Below the pieces are notes generated by a model that was not told the DNA's origin, made no database searches, and saw only the letters and a list, made by a program, of their open reading frames with translations. Made by a program: the position numbers and the translations under genes. Positions 1 to 11,306 of a DNA stretch of 62,099 nucleotides are shown in pieces (the first letter of the stretch is position 1; each line of letters begins with the position of its first letter). Origin of the DNA: Acidimicrobiales bacterium (lineage in GTDB: Bacteria; Actinomycetota; Acidimicrobiia; Acidimicrobiales; Aldehydirespiratoraceae); NCBI GenBank assembly GCA_040263275.1, contig JBDQKM010000001.1:1-62099 (forward strand), in the 5' to 3' direction.

Positions 1-28
1 ACCCTGAGACGTCGGGGACGGCTCCGGG

Positions 29-1252
29 ATGGTCCCGAGTCGCTCCGGCCGCCGTTCGTGCGAGCATGGAGACGTGCCCGAGGCCTCCGCCGTGTCGAAT
101 CGCAACCTCCCCAACCGGTCGACCAACGACCGTGTGGTGGCCGGCGTCTGCGCAGGCTTGGCTCGGGCGGTCGGCGTCGACCCGCCGGTGGTCCGTATCG
201 CGGCCATCGTGCTCGGCATCACCGGCACCGGCGCCCTCCTCTACCTGATCGGCTGGCTGATCCTGCCCCCGGGGGTCACCCCGGAGCCGGAAGGCGCCGA
301 TGCGAGCGAGGTGCGCCGGGGGCTCGGTCTCGGCCTCATCGTGCTCGGGGTCGTGCTGACCCAGGACGCGCTCGGTCTCGGCTTCCCGCCCGAGGTCGTC
401 TGGCCGGTCGTGGTCGTCGGCCTCGGCGTCGGCGTGGTTGTCTGGCAGGTGCAGCCCCAGCTCGAGGCGACCCGCACGGAGGCCTTTCGCATCGCCGCGG
501 GGATCCTCGTGGTCGGCGCCGGGATCACCGCGCTGATCGCCGGCAATGTCTCGTTCGAGGTGATTCGCAGCAGTCTGCTCGCCACCACCCTCGTGCTCGG
601 CGGTGTGGCGCTCATCGTGGGTCCGTGGATGGCGGTGCTCATGCGGGAGCGGGCGGAGGAACGGCGGCGGCGGCTCCATGCCGACGCACGCGCCGACATG
701 GCCGCCCATCTCCACGATTCCGTGCTGCAGACGTTCGCGCTGATCCAACGTACCGACGACCCGAAGGTGATCGCCCAGCTCGCCCGCCAGCAGGAACGCG
801 AGCTGCGGCGCTGGCTCTACGCCGACTCCGACGATCCGGCCGCGACCACCGTCAAGAACGCGGTCGACCGGGTGGCCGGCGTGGTCGAGGACCGGTTCGA
901 CGTGGCGGTGCAGACCGTGGTCGTCGGCGACGTCGCCCTCGACACGACGCTCGAGGCGCTGATGGGGGCGATGGGCGAGGCCGCGACCAACGCGGCGAAG
1001 TGGTCGGGGTGCGACCAGGTGTCGGTGTTCGCCGAGGTCGAGGACGACGGGGTGCGGGTGTTCGTGCGCGACACGGGCGCCGGGTTCGACCCCGAAGCCG
1101 TGGCCGAGGACCGCCTCGGGCTCCGTGAGTCGATCATCGGCCGCATGGAGCGGGTCGGGGGCACGGTCGACATCCGATCGAGTCCCGGCGACGGCACCGA
1201 GGTCGAACTCTTCGCCCCGCTCGTCGGCGCCGTCCGCAGGGATACGGTCTGA
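29..1252 (+). CDS. PspC-domain sensor histidine kinase (HisKA_3 / HATPase_c)
   Basis: 407-aa track ORF. N-terminal PspC motif (RVVAGVCAGLARAVGVDPPVVRIAAIVLGI), several TM segments, H-box HLHDSVLQTF, and N/G boxes (NAAKWSG, DTGAGF, GLRESIIGRMERVGG). A LuxR-type regulator starts 2 nt after its stop. Confidence 0.85.
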   Translation: MVPSRSGRRSCEHGDVPEASAVSNRNLPNRSTNDRVVAGVCAGLARAVGVDPPVVRIAAIVLGITGTGALLYLIGWLILPPGVTPEPEGADASEVRRGLGLGLIVLGVVLTQDALGLGFPPEVVWPVVVVGLGVGVVVWQVQPQLEATRTEAFRIAAGILVVGAGITALIAGNVSFEVIRSSLLATTLVLGGVALIVGPWMAVLMRERAEERRRRLHADARADMAAHLHDSVLQTFALIQRTDDPKVIAQLARQQERELRRWLYADSDDPAATTVKNAVDRVAGVVEDRFDVAVQTVVVGDVALDTTLEALMGAMGEAATNAAKWSGCDQVSVFAEVEDDGVRVFVRDTGAGFDPEAVAEDRLGLRESIIGRMERVGGTVDIRSSPGDGTEVELFAPLVGAVRRDTV

Positions 1253-1254
1253 CC

Positions 1255-1911
1255 ATGCCCACCGCGCCGCCCCGTGTCGTGCTCGTCGACGACCACCAGA
1301 TGTTCCGCAGCGGTGTACGTTCGGAACTGGGCGACCGGGTGACCGTCGTTGCCGAAGCCGACGACATCGCCGAGGCCGTCGCGGTCATCGAACAGTGGTC
1401 ACCCGACGTGGTGCTCCTCGACGTGCACCTGCCCTCCGGCACCGGCCGTGAGGTGATCGAGGCGATCGACGCCGCCGGGGTCGACACCCGGTTCCTGGCG
1501 CTGTCCGTGTCGGATGCCGCCGAGGACGTGATCGATGTCGTCCGCGCCGGGGCCCGTGGCTACGTCACCAAATCGATCTCGAGCGACGACCTCGTCGACG
1601 CCATCATCCGCGTCAGCGAGGGCGACGCCGTCTTCTCGCCCCGCCTCGCCGGCTTCGTGCTCGATGCCTTCGCCGGCGGTCCGCCCGCCGCCGAGGTCAG
1701 CGAGGCCGACGACGACCTCGACGCGCTCACGAAACGTGAGAAAGAGGTGTTGCGCCATCTCGCTCGGGGCTACACCTACAAGGAGATCGCGCGGCAGCTG
1801 ACCATCTCGGTGAAGACGGTCGAGACCCATGCCTCGGCGGTGCTGCGCAAGCTCCAACTCTCGAATCGCAACGAGCTCAGCCGCTGGGCGGCCGCCCGCC
1901 GCATCTGGTGA
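1255..1911 (+). CDS. NarL/LuxR-family response regulator
   Basis: 218 aa. Receiver domain (VVLVDDH...DVVLLDVHLP...LSVSD...K) plus C-terminal LuxR HTH (LTKREKEVLRHLARGYTYKEIARQLTISVKTVETHASAVLRKL). Confidence 0.9.
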   Translation: MPTAPPRVVLVDDHQMFRSGVRSELGDRVTVVAEADDIAEAVAVIEQWSPDVVLLDVHLPSGTGREVIEAIDAAGVDTRFLALSVSDAAEDVIDVVRAGARGYVTKSISSDDLVDAIIRVSEGDAVFSPRLAGFVLDAFAGGPPAAEVSEADDDLDALTKREKEVLRHLARGYTYKEIARQLTISVKTVETHASAVLRKLQLSNRNELSRWAAARRIW

Positions 1912-1966
1912 TGCCCGGAGAGTTCGGGCGAAGCCGGAACTCCGAGCAACGCCGAAGGTGTTGCCG

Positions 1967-2038
1967 TGCCCCCGGCAGGAATCGAACCTGCGCTCACGGT
2001 TTAGGAAACCGATGCTCTATCCACTGAGCTACGGGGGC
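1967..2038 (-). tRNA. tRNA-Arg (anticodon CCT)
   Basis: The reverse complement GCCCCCGTAGCTCAGTGGATAGAGC...TTCCTAA...GCAGGTTCGATTCCTGCCGGGGGCA folds as a cloverleaf. The 7-bp acceptor stem, D arm and TPsiC arm are intact, and the anticodon loop TTCCTAA gives CCT. CCA is not encoded. Confidence 0.9.
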
Positions 2039-2074
2039 CGGACCGGAAGAGTTCGCGGCGCGAAACCCCCCCGG

Positions 2075-2362
2075 TCAGGCGTCGATGCTAGTGGTGGTGG
2101 GATGTGGGGCCTCGCCTCCTGGCCGGCCTGTCGCCTGCCGTCGCGGTTCGGCCCGCCGGCAGAGGTCGAGGGCGCGCTGCGGCCGACTCTGGTGGGTCGG
2201 GTTGGGTTCAGGCGGCGGCTGGTTCGGTTCGGCATCGTTGCGGCGGGCATACAGGGCGGCGAAGTCAGCGTCAGCCGGTGGGATGGCGCCGACGTTCTTG
2301 GTGCGGCTGAAGCCGCGTCGCAGAGGCCGTCCGACGGGCCGCTCGGTGCTGATCGTGGACAT
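2075..2362 (-). CDS. hypothetical small Arg/Pro-rich protein (95 aa)
   Basis: Track ORF with a strong SD (GAGGAGG about 6 nt upstream of the ATG at 2362). GC3 bias is good in the first ~45 codons. No family recognised. Confidence 0.35.
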   Translation of the reverse strand: MSTISTERPVGRPLRRGFSRTKNVGAIPPADADFAALYARRNDAEPNQPPPEPNPTHQSRPQRALDLCRRAEPRRQATGRPGGEAPHPTTTSIDA

Positions 2363-2433
2363 GGGTCCTCCTCGGAAGTGAGCAGCCGGCAGCCGGCGGC
2401 CGGCTATCAGGTCGGGGACTAGGGTTCGACGCC

Positions 2434-3219
2434 ATGAACGACTACGACGAACAATTCGGACCCTGGGCAGTCGTCACCGGCGCGGCGATGGGCGTCGGCC
2501 TGGCCTTTGTCGAGGAGTTGCACGCCCGCGGGATCGGGGTGGTCATGGTCGACCGCGATCCCGGCGTGCACGACGTCGCCGGCGATCTGGCGGGCGAGAC
2601 GCGGGCGATCGTCGCCGACGTGACCGATCCGGACTGGATCCCCGCGTTGGCCGCTGCGACCGACGACGTCGAGGTCGGACTGGCCGTGGCCAACGCGGGC
2701 ATCAGTTTCGTCGGCAACTTCCTCGACATGACCGGTCCGCAACGCCAGTCGCATCTCGACGTGAACTGCAAGGGCGTGGTCGATCTCGCCGCGTGGGCGC
2801 TCCCGCCGATGGTCGAACGGGGCCGCGGCGGATTCGTCGTCACCAGTTCGGGCTCGGCGCTGGCGGGCACTGCCGGCGTCGGCCTCTACAGCGCCACCAA
2901 GGCCTTCGTGGTCAACCTGATCGAGGCGATCGGGTGGGAGATCCGGGAGAGCGGCGTCGTGACCCAAGCGGTGGTCGCCCCGAGCATGGACACACCGGCT
3001 TTTCGGGCCAACGGGGCCGACCACACACGGATGATGGCGCCGCCGGTCGATCCGAGGACCGTCGTGTCGCGGGCGCTCGACGACCTCCCGGCGGGCGGTC
3101 GGTGGATCGCCGACGACGGTCTCGAGTTCGCTGCGCAGGTCCCGCGAGCCGAGCGGGTCGACATGATGTCGGCGGCCACGACGGCCATGTACCCCCAGGT
3201 GTTCGAGTCGCCCTCCTAG
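2434..3219 (+). CDS. SDR-family oxidoreductase
   Basis: 261 aa. Rossmann motif AVVTGAAMGVGLAF, NAG motif (VANAGI), and Y-x3-K (YSATKAF). Confidence 0.85.
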   Translation: MNDYDEQFGPWAVVTGAAMGVGLAFVEELHARGIGVVMVDRDPGVHDVAGDLAGETRAIVADVTDPDWIPALAAATDDVEVGLAVANAGISFVGNFLDMTGPQRQSHLDVNCKGVVDLAAWALPPMVERGRGGFVVTSSGSALAGTAGVGLYSATKAFVVNLIEAIGWEIRESGVVTQAVVAPSMDTPAFRANGADHTRMMAPPVDPRTVVSRALDDLPAGGRWIADDGLEFAAQVPRAERVDMMSAATTAMYPQVFESPS

Positions 3220-3347
3220 GCGAGGACGAGTCCCGGCCGTCTCCCATCGGCAACGATTCCGTGTGGGTGTTGAACCGGATCTCACCCTCTCGGGCACGGT
3301 CCAGTGAGCGGGTCGACCCAGATGGCGCCGACGAGTCGGATCGGGCG

Positions 3348-4145
3348 TCAGCGACCCTTCCATTCGGGGTCCCGTTTCTCCGCTCGGGCCCGGCCGCCCT
3401 CGGCCGCGTCGTCGCTCTGACCGACCACGCGGCGCATGGCCTCGCCCATCCGCACGGCGTCGGTCCACGGCAGTTCCTGCCCCCGATGCGCCATCTCGTT
3501 GGTGGCTCGGACCGCCAGCGGAGCCCCCTGACAGAGCCGCGACGCCAGTGTGTGCGCCTCGGTGAGCAGGGCGTCGTGCTCGTGGACCCGCCAGGCGAGT
3601 CCGATCTCCCGGGCCCGCTCCGCGTCGATGGAGTCTCCGGTCAGCAGGAGTTCGAGCGCGTCGGGCATCGCGACGTGTTTGGGCAACCGCAGTGCACCGA
3701 CGATGGTCGCGACCCCGATCTTCACCTCGGGGTATCCGAACGTGGCGCGATCGCTGGCGAGGACGAAGTCGCAGGCCAGGGCGGCGGTGAGTCCGTAGCC
3801 GATGCACGGGCCGTTCACGGCCGCGATCGTCGGCTTCCAGATCTCCATGCCGCTCTCGAAGGTCGTGATCGTCGGCCATTCCCAGAACGATCCCGGCCAG
3901 GAGCCGGTGGATCCCTTGCCGTCGCGCAGGTCGGCGCCGGCGCAGAATGCCCTCCCCGCGCCGGTGATGATCCCGACCCAGGCGTCTTCGTCCTCGCGGA
4001 AGCGGGTCCAGACGTCGTCGAGGGCGACCCGCATGTCGCCGTTCACCGCGTTGAGCGCGTCGGGGCGGTTGTATGTGATCGTGGCGACATGGCCGTTGCG
4101 TTCGTAGGTGGCAGCCGGTGCTGAGGATGCGGCGTTGGGCGACAT
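3348..4145 (-). CDS. enoyl-CoA hydratase/isomerase (crotonase) family protein
   Basis: C-terminal 265 aa of the 3348..4568 track ORF, starting at the internal ATG at 4145 (MSPNAASS...). Crotonase signature ITYNRPDALNAV...GAGRAFCAGADL. The upstream part of the ORF overlaps osmC antisense and looks non-coding. Confidence 0.85.
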   Translation of the reverse strand: MSPNAASSAPAATYERNGHVATITYNRPDALNAVNGDMRVALDDVWTRFREDEDAWVGIITGAGRAFCAGADLRDGKGSTGSWPGSFWEWPTITTFESGMEIWKPTIAAVNGPCIGYGLTAALACDFVLASDRATFGYPEVKIGVATIVGALRLPKHVAMPDALELLLTGDSIDAERAREIGLAWRVHEHDALLTEAHTLASRLCQGAPLAVRATNEMAHRGQELPWTDAVRMGEAMRRVVGQSDDAAEGGRARAEKRDPEWKGR

Positions 4146-4175
4146 GGAGGAGCAGCTTTCCCTACGCTGCGGCCC

Positions 4176-4607
4176 ATGGCCACCATCACCGCAGATCTCA
4201 CCACCGGTTTCGCCGTCGAACTCCGTGCCGGCGACCACGTCTGGCATGCCGACGAACCCACCGATCTGGGCGGGACCGACACCGGTCCGAACCCCTACGA
4301 GCTGTTGCTCTCGGCGGTGGCCGCCTGCACCTGCATCACCATCTCGATGTACTGCCAGCGGAAGGGTTGGGACCTGCACTCGATCTCGGCGAAGTACGAG
4401 CACGACAAGGTGCACGCCGACGATTGCGGTGACTGTGACGACGACGCCAAGGGCTACATCGATCGGGTCCGGAGCGAGATCTTCATCGAGGGCGACTTCG
4501 ACGACGAACAGCGCGATCGACTGTCGGGCATCGCCCAGCGTTGCCCCGTCCACAAGACCCTCGACCACGGCGTCAGCTTCACCGTCGAGACGATCTTCGT
4601 CGGCTGA
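4176..4607 (+). CDS. OsmC/Ohr-family protein
   Basis: 143 aa. GPNPYELLLSAVAACT and QRCPVHKTL motifs typical of OsmC-like peroxiredoxins. Carries an unusual DDCGDCDDD insertion. Confidence 0.85.
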   Translation: MATITADLTTGFAVELRAGDHVWHADEPTDLGGTDTGPNPYELLLSAVAACTCITISMYCQRKGWDLHSISAKYEHDKVHADDCGDCDDDAKGYIDRVRSEIFIEGDFDDEQRDRLSGIAQRCPVHKTLDHGVSFTVETIFVG

Positions 4608-4666
4608 CCCGTCACACCGGTGTCAGACACTCGTCACGCCGCCGCCGGAAACCGACCAGCACGCGA

Positions 4667-4694
4667 AACGGGCGACCCCGGAGGGTCGCCCGTT
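4667..4694. terminator. perfect 12-bp GC-rich hairpin between convergent osmC and mscL
   Basis: AACGGGCGACCC-CGGA-GGGTCGCCCGTT. Lies in the 137-nt convergent gap. There is no strong U-tract, so function as a bidirectional terminator is inferred only. Confidence 0.45.
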
Positions 4695-4744
4695 CATCGG
4701 GAGGTCGGCGCAGCCGAAGTCCAAGCAGCGCGAAGCGCTGCCGG

Positions 4745-5149
4745 CTACCGGTTGGCCAGCGAGTCGCGGATCTCGGTGAGGAGATCGACCTCGCTCGGAC
4801 CGGCTTCTTCCTCTTCCTCGTCGGCCTTGCTCTTGTTGTAGGCCTTGACGACCAGGAACACGGCGAACGCGACGATGATGAAGTTGAGCAGCTGGGTGAG
4901 GAAGCTTCCATAGAAGATCTGACCCTCGTAGAGCGCCCGGTTCTGGTCGTCGAACATGCCGGTTGCGTCACCCCAGTGGATGCTGAGGCTGTTGAAGTCG
5001 GGCTGACCGAAGACCGCGGCCACGATCTGCATGAGGATGTCGTTGACGAACGACGTCACCACCAGGCCGAACGCGGCACCGATGACCACCGCGACTGCGA
5101 GGTCGACGATGCTGCCCTTGTTGATGAAGTCCTTGAATTCCTGAATCAC
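4745..5149 (-). CDS. mscL: large-conductance mechanosensitive channel MscL
   Basis: C-terminal 134 aa of the 829-aa track ORF, from the GTG at 5149 (VIQEFKDFINKGSIVDLAVAVVIGAAFG...). GAGGGAG SD lies upstream. The rest of that ORF is antisense to acs. Confidence 0.9.
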   Translation of the reverse strand: MIQEFKDFINKGSIVDLAVAVVIGAAFGLVVTSFVNDILMQIVAAVFGQPDFNSLSIHWGDATGMFDDQNRALYEGQIFYGSFLTQLLNFIIVAFAVFLVVKAYNKSKADEEEEEAGPSEVDLLTEIRDSLANR

Positions 5150-5326
5150 GGAGTTACTCCCTCTCGAGGGCCACCCAAATGTGACCCGCCGGTGCCACTG
5201 ACGCTCGGAGCGGGCCGAAAGTCGCGACAGGATCCTAGACGACCGAACTGAGCGCTGTTCAGAACGACCGGATCGGGGGGAGTGGGTAAGGTCTCGCTTC
5301 GACGTCCACCCGCGGGGAGCAACACG

Positions 5327-7314
<1,988 letters not shown>

Positions 7315-7318
<4 letters not shown>

Positions 7319-7827
7319 ACGAGGCGGACAACGAGCTCCCCGCCAACTGGCGCTGGCGCTCTGACCGGCGGTTCGACGAGCCCGCCGTCATCTTCGACAT
7401 GGATGGCGTCATCTCCGATGCCTCGCACCGGCAGCGATTCCTCGATGTCGATCCGCCCGACTGGGCGAACTTCAACTCCCAAGCCTGGAAGGACCCCGTC
7501 ATCGCCGACGGTGTCGACGCGGTCCGCGCCGTCGCAGGAGACCATGTCGTCGTCGTGGTCACGGCGCGTCCGCTGATCACGATCGACATGGCCGACTCCT
7601 GGCTCGAGCGTCACGACGTGCCCGTCGACCTGCTCGTACTCCGCCCCGAGGGCGACGAGCGCCACAGCCCGGCCGTCAAGCGCGACGAGCTGGCGAGATT
7701 GCGGGCAGCGGGAGCCCGAATCGTCTCAGCCGTCGAGGACCACCCCGGAATCGTGGAGATGTACGAGCAGGAGGGAGTGTCCGTCCGCTACGTCCACTCC
7801 GGCTACTACGACATCGGCGAGGTCTGA
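7315..7827 (+). CDS. HAD-superfamily phosphatase-like protein
   Basis: 170 aa. HAD motif I FDMDGVISD and motif II-like VVVVVTARP. The GTG start overlaps the acs TGA (GTGA). Confidence 0.65.
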
Positions 7828-7899
7828 TCCGAACAGCTTTGACCTGGAATTTCGGTCGGCCCCTCTACTGTTGAGTCCACCAGGAGGTAATCGACCGAC

Positions 7900-8751
7900 A
7901 TGGTCAACACTGCAAAGACATTCACGCTGCTCGCCGCCCTCGGTGGTCTCATCATCGTGGCCGGCGGCGCGCTCGGCGGCCAGAGCGGCCTCGTCATCGG
8001 GCTGATCATCGGCCTCGTCATGGCCGGTGGCTCGTACTGGTTCAGCGACAAGCTCGCCATCAAGTCGGCCAAGGCCCAGCCCGCCACGCGCGAGACGATG
8101 CCCGAGTACTTCCAAATCATGGAAGAGCTGACGGCCAAGGCCAACATGCCGATGCCGAAGCTCTACGTCTCGCCCAACCCGCAACCCAATGCGTTCGCCA
8201 CGGGCCGCAATCCCAACCACGCCGCGGTGGCCGTGACGGTCGGCCTCCTCGACGCGATGACCTGGGACGAGGTGCGCGGCGTCCTCGCCCACGAGCTCGC
8301 CCACATCCGCAACCGCGACATCCTCATCGGTTCCGTCGCCGCGGCCATCGGGATGGGCATCACGTTCGCCGCTCGAATGGCCATGTGGGGCGCCATGTTC
8401 GCGGGCCGTGGCGGACGCGACCGCAACCCGATCGGCGAACTGGCCTTCGCCATCCTCGCCCCCATCGCGGCGGCGCTCATCCAGGCCGCCGTGAGCCGGA
8501 GCCGCGAGTTCCAGGCCGACGAGTCGGCCGCCAAGCTGATCGGTACGGGCGAGCCGTTGGCCCAGGCTCTCGAGAAGCTCGATGCCTACGCGATGCGGAT
8601 CCCGGTCGACATCGATCCCAACCAGGCCAGCAACTACATCATCAACCCGCTGTCGGCCCAGGCCGCCGGCCGCGGTGGTGGCGGCATCGGCAAGCTCTTC
8701 AGCACCCACCCGCCGACCGAACAGCGCATCGCCCGCCTTCGGGCCCTCTGA
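7900..8751 (+). CDS. htpX: zinc metalloprotease HtpX
   Basis: 283 aa. N-terminal TM helices, [10 protein letters not shown] (HExxH), and C-terminal [19 protein letters not shown] lies upstream. Confidence 0.9.
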   Translation: MVNTAKTFTLLAALGGLIIVAGGALGGQSGLVIGLIIGLVMAGGSYWFSDKLAIKSAKAQPATRETMPEYFQIMEELTAKANMPMPKLYVSPNPQPNAFATGRNPNHAAVAVTVGLLDAMTWDEVRGVLAHELAHIRNRDILIGSVAAAIGMGITFAARMAMWGAMFAGRGGRDRNPIGELAFAILAPIAAALIQAAVSRSREFQADESAAKLIGTGEPLAQALEKLDAYAMRIPVDIDPNQASNYIINPLSAQAAGRGGGGIGKLFSTHPPTEQRIARLRAL

Positions 8752-8758
8752 CGCCCGC

Positions 8759-9247
8759 TCAGTCGCGGAAGTTGTTGAACTGGAGGGGGAGACCGAAGTC
8801 CTCCTCCTTCAGTTTCGCGATCACTTCCTGAAGGTGATCGCGCTTCTTCCCCGACACGCGGAGCTGGTCGCCCTGGGTCGAAGACTGAATGCCCTTCAGG
8901 CCCAGACCCTTGATGAACTTGTGGAGTTCGCGGGCCTTGTCGGCGTTGATCCCGGCCTGCAGCGTCGCGGTCTGGCGCACCGTGCCCCCCGACGCCGGCT
9001 CGACCGCGCCATAGTCGAGGACCTTCAGGCTCACCTTCCGCTTCACGAGCTTCTCCTCGAGCACCTGCCGCAAGGCGGCCAGCCGGTCCTCGGACAGTGA
9101 CGCCATCGCAATGGCGTCGTCCCCCAACTCGATGGACGAGTTGGTGTTCTTGAAGTCGAACCGCTGGGCGACCTCCCGCGCTGCTTGATCGACGGCGTTG
9201 CGCACTTCCTGCTCGTCGACCTCTGAAACCACATCGAACGTCGGCAT
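8759..9247 (-). CDS. yajQ: YajQ-family nucleotide/c-di-GMP-binding protein (UPF0234)
   Basis: 162 aa from the internal ATG at 9247 (MPTFDVVSEVDEQEVRNAVDQAAREVAQRFDFK...QFNNFRD). This is the canonical YajQ N- and C-terminus. The remainder of the 489-aa track ORF is antisense to the next gene. Confidence 0.9.
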   Translation of the reverse strand: MPTFDVVSEVDEQEVRNAVDQAAREVAQRFDFKNTNSSIELGDDAIAMASLSEDRLAALRQVLEEKLVKRKVSLKVLDYGAVEPASGGTVRQTATLQAGINADKARELHKFIKGLGLKGIQSSTQGDQLRVSGKKRDHLQEVIAKLKEEDFGLPLQFNNFRD

Positions 9248-9313
9248 GGGCAGGAACGTACCAAAGCGGGAGGCCGGGCGACGCTCGCTCACATCCGAAC
9301 CGGCGATGCCGAA

Positions 9314-11149
9314 GTGACATCCATGTCCTCCGTGCGCCTCATCGCGATCGTGACCGGGGTCGTCTACCTGACCTGGCGGTTGGTCTTCACCTGGGAGGGC
9401 GCCCACCCGGTGATGTTCTTCCTCCTGCTCGCGGCCGAAGCCTTCGGCTTCCTGCGGCTCCTGATGGAGACATCGCTGCTCGGCGAACCCCGGGCGCTGG
9501 TCCGCACCCCGGAGAAGACGGTGGCCCCCGATGGCGACGTCATCGTCGTCGTGACCGACGAGTCCACCAGTGAGGTGCGTGCCGCCGTGCTTTCGGCTCG
9601 GCTCATCTCGGGATACAACAACCTCCGCATCGTGGATCGCGACAACCGGCCCGACGTGGCCGAACTCGCCGGCCGGCTCGGGCTCACCCGCATCGCCGGC
9701 GGCTTCGAGGCCGACCTCGGAGGCCTGATCGACCGGGCCATGGACGAGTGCACGTCTCTGTTCTCCCTCCTCATGCCGGCCGATGTCGTCGTGCTCCCCG
9801 ACATCCTCGAGGTGACCGCATCGGCCTTCGAGGATCCCGAGGTGGCCGTGGTGTCGTGTCGTGTCGAGAACACCAACGCGCTCCATGCCGTCGACTACGG
9901 CGGCTATGGCGAAATCCGCCGTCGCGATGAACTCATGATCGACACGCTCGACGACGCCGGTGCGTTGCCGTGGTGGCCGGGAATGGCCGTCGTCCGCCGC
10001 AGCGCCATCGGAGAGATCGACGGCATGAGCCGCGGTCGTCAGGGCGTCACCCTCTCCACCGGTGTCCGTCTCCAGTCCGTCGGCTGGAAGATCACCGATG
10101 TGCCCGTCATCGTCGCCCGTCGGCTCGCCCCCTGGAACGACGACCGCCACCTCCACCGCTGGGCCCGCGATCTCCACGAACGACTCGCCGTCCTCGTCGA
10201 CAAGGAAGCTCCGCGTCGCAACAAACACGCAAGCCGGTTGAGCCGCCGCATCTATCGGTCTGCCGACCTCCTCGTCGGCCGCAGCATCCAGCGTCTCGTC
10301 CTCATCGGCGTGCTCCTCGCCACGCTCTACTCCTCGTCACTTCCGCTCGTCGCCGATGCGCCCGTGTTGATCGGGCTGTGGGGGCTCTGGCAGATCTCGT
10401 CGATGCTCTACCGCCGGGAAGCGCAAGCGCCGATCGGGTTCACCAACTGGATGAGCAACGACCTCCGCTTGCTGGCGACCGACCTGCACGTGGCCGTGCG
10501 GGCCCTGCCGGGGCGACCGCTCGACGTGGATCTCGTCGACCCGGCTCCGGGTCGGCTGACTCGCCGCGTCGTGCTCACCAGCCTGCAGGTCGTGCTCGGG
10601 GTGTCACTCGCCCTGTTCGGCATGGGAATCGTGCGCCCCTTGCACGGCGACTTCGCCACGCTGGCCGCCCTGAGCCTCACCGCATGGTTGTGGACCATGA
10701 CGTTCCAGGCCCGAGCCGCGCTGAGGCTACGACAGGTGCGACAGAACTTCCGGGCCGTCGCCCGACTCGATGTCCTCGCCGGCGAGGCCGGCCTCGCCGT
10801 CGTCGGCGTGTCGCCCTTCGGTCTCGACGTCGTCTCGTCGAGTTCGTTGCGCCCCGGTGAGAACGTGCGGATCGCCTTCGCGCTCCCGCAGACCGACGGG
10901 GCGTCGCTCCGGTTCGAGTGCCCCTCTGCCGTCCGGCGGGTGTCTCGCATCGGCGATCGTTACGCCGCCTATCTTCGGTTCGCCCAACTCAGCGACGCCG
11001 AGGTCGACCAGATCACCGAGTACTGCTCCGTGGTGGCCGGCGTCGGTGAACTGCGCGACCAGGTCGCCGGCCAGACCGTGGCACCGCCGCCGGTCGCCGG
11101 GATGCTCGTCCAACCGCGGGCCGACGCCAACGTGGTCGCAGACGTCTGA
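9314..11149 (+). CDS. BcsA-like membrane GT2-fold protein with C-terminal PilZ domain; catalytic motifs appear degenerate
   Basis: 611 aa. N-terminal TM pair, GT2-like core, C-terminal TM bundle, then PilZ motifs RQNFR ... GVSPFG. The DxD position reads PAD, the TED position reads TLS, and QxxRW reads LHRW (alignment by eye). Confidence 0.75.
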   Translation: MTSMSSVRLIAIVTGVVYLTWRLVFTWEGAHPVMFFLLLAAEAFGFLRLLMETSLLGEPRALVRTPEKTVAPDGDVIVVVTDESTSEVRAAVLSARLISGYNNLRIVDRDNRPDVAELAGRLGLTRIAGGFEADLGGLIDRAMDECTSLFSLLMPADVVVLPDILEVTASAFEDPEVAVVSCRVENTNALHAVDYGGYGEIRRRDELMIDTLDDAGALPWWPGMAVVRRSAIGEIDGMSRGRQGVTLSTGVRLQSVGWKITDVPVIVARRLAPWNDDRHLHRWARDLHERLAVLVDKEAPRRNKHASRLSRRIYRSADLLVGRSIQRLVLIGVLLATLYSSSLPLVADAPVLIGLWGLWQISSMLYRREAQAPIGFTNWMSNDLRLLATDLHVAVRALPGRPLDVDLVDPAPGRLTRRVVLTSLQVVLGVSLALFGMGIVRPLHGDFATLAALSLTAWLWTMTFQARAALRLRQVRQNFRAVARLDVLAGEAGLAVVGVSPFGLDVVSSSSLRPGENVRIAFALPQTDGASLRFECPSAVRRVSRIGDRYAAYLRFAQLSDAEVDQITEYCSVVAGVGELRDQVAGQTVAPPPVAGMLVQPRADANVVADV

Positions 11150-11175
11150 ACCGCGGATAGTCTCTCTCCGTCCAA

Positions 11176-11258
11176 GGGTCGGTGCCCGAGCGGCCAAAGG
11201 GAACGGGCTGTAAACCCGTCGGCTTTCGCCTACGAAGGTTCGAATCCTTCCCGGCCCA
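11176..11258 (+). tRNA. tRNA-Tyr (anticodon GTA)
   Basis: GGGTCGGTGCCCGAGCGG...ACGGGCTGTAAACCCGT...long variable arm...GAAGGTTCGAATCCTTCCCGGCCCA. Class II cloverleaf with anticodon loop CTGTAAA. Confidence 0.9.
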
Positions 11259-11265
11259 CACGACC

Positions 11266-11294
11266 GAAGACCCGGCGCCCAGCGCCGGGTCTTC
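11266..11294. terminator. 13-bp perfect hairpin between tRNA-Tyr and the convergent GNAT gene
   Basis: GAAGACCCGGCGC-CCA-GCGCCGGGTCTTC, followed by GCCATTCT. Confidence 0.5.
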
Positions 11295-11306
11295 GCCATT
11301 CTCGGC

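Noticed and set aside
2384-2405. AGCCGGC AGCCGGC G GCCGGCT repeat/hairpin as a regulatory element
   Set aside because: It has a 7-bp stem of simple GC-rich sequence. Such matches are expected by chance at this GC content, and there is no supporting context.
1912-2433. Integrated element or att site at tRNA-Arg
   Set aside because: There is no integrase, no duplicated tRNA 3' end and no compositional shift. Only one small ORF lies in the gap.
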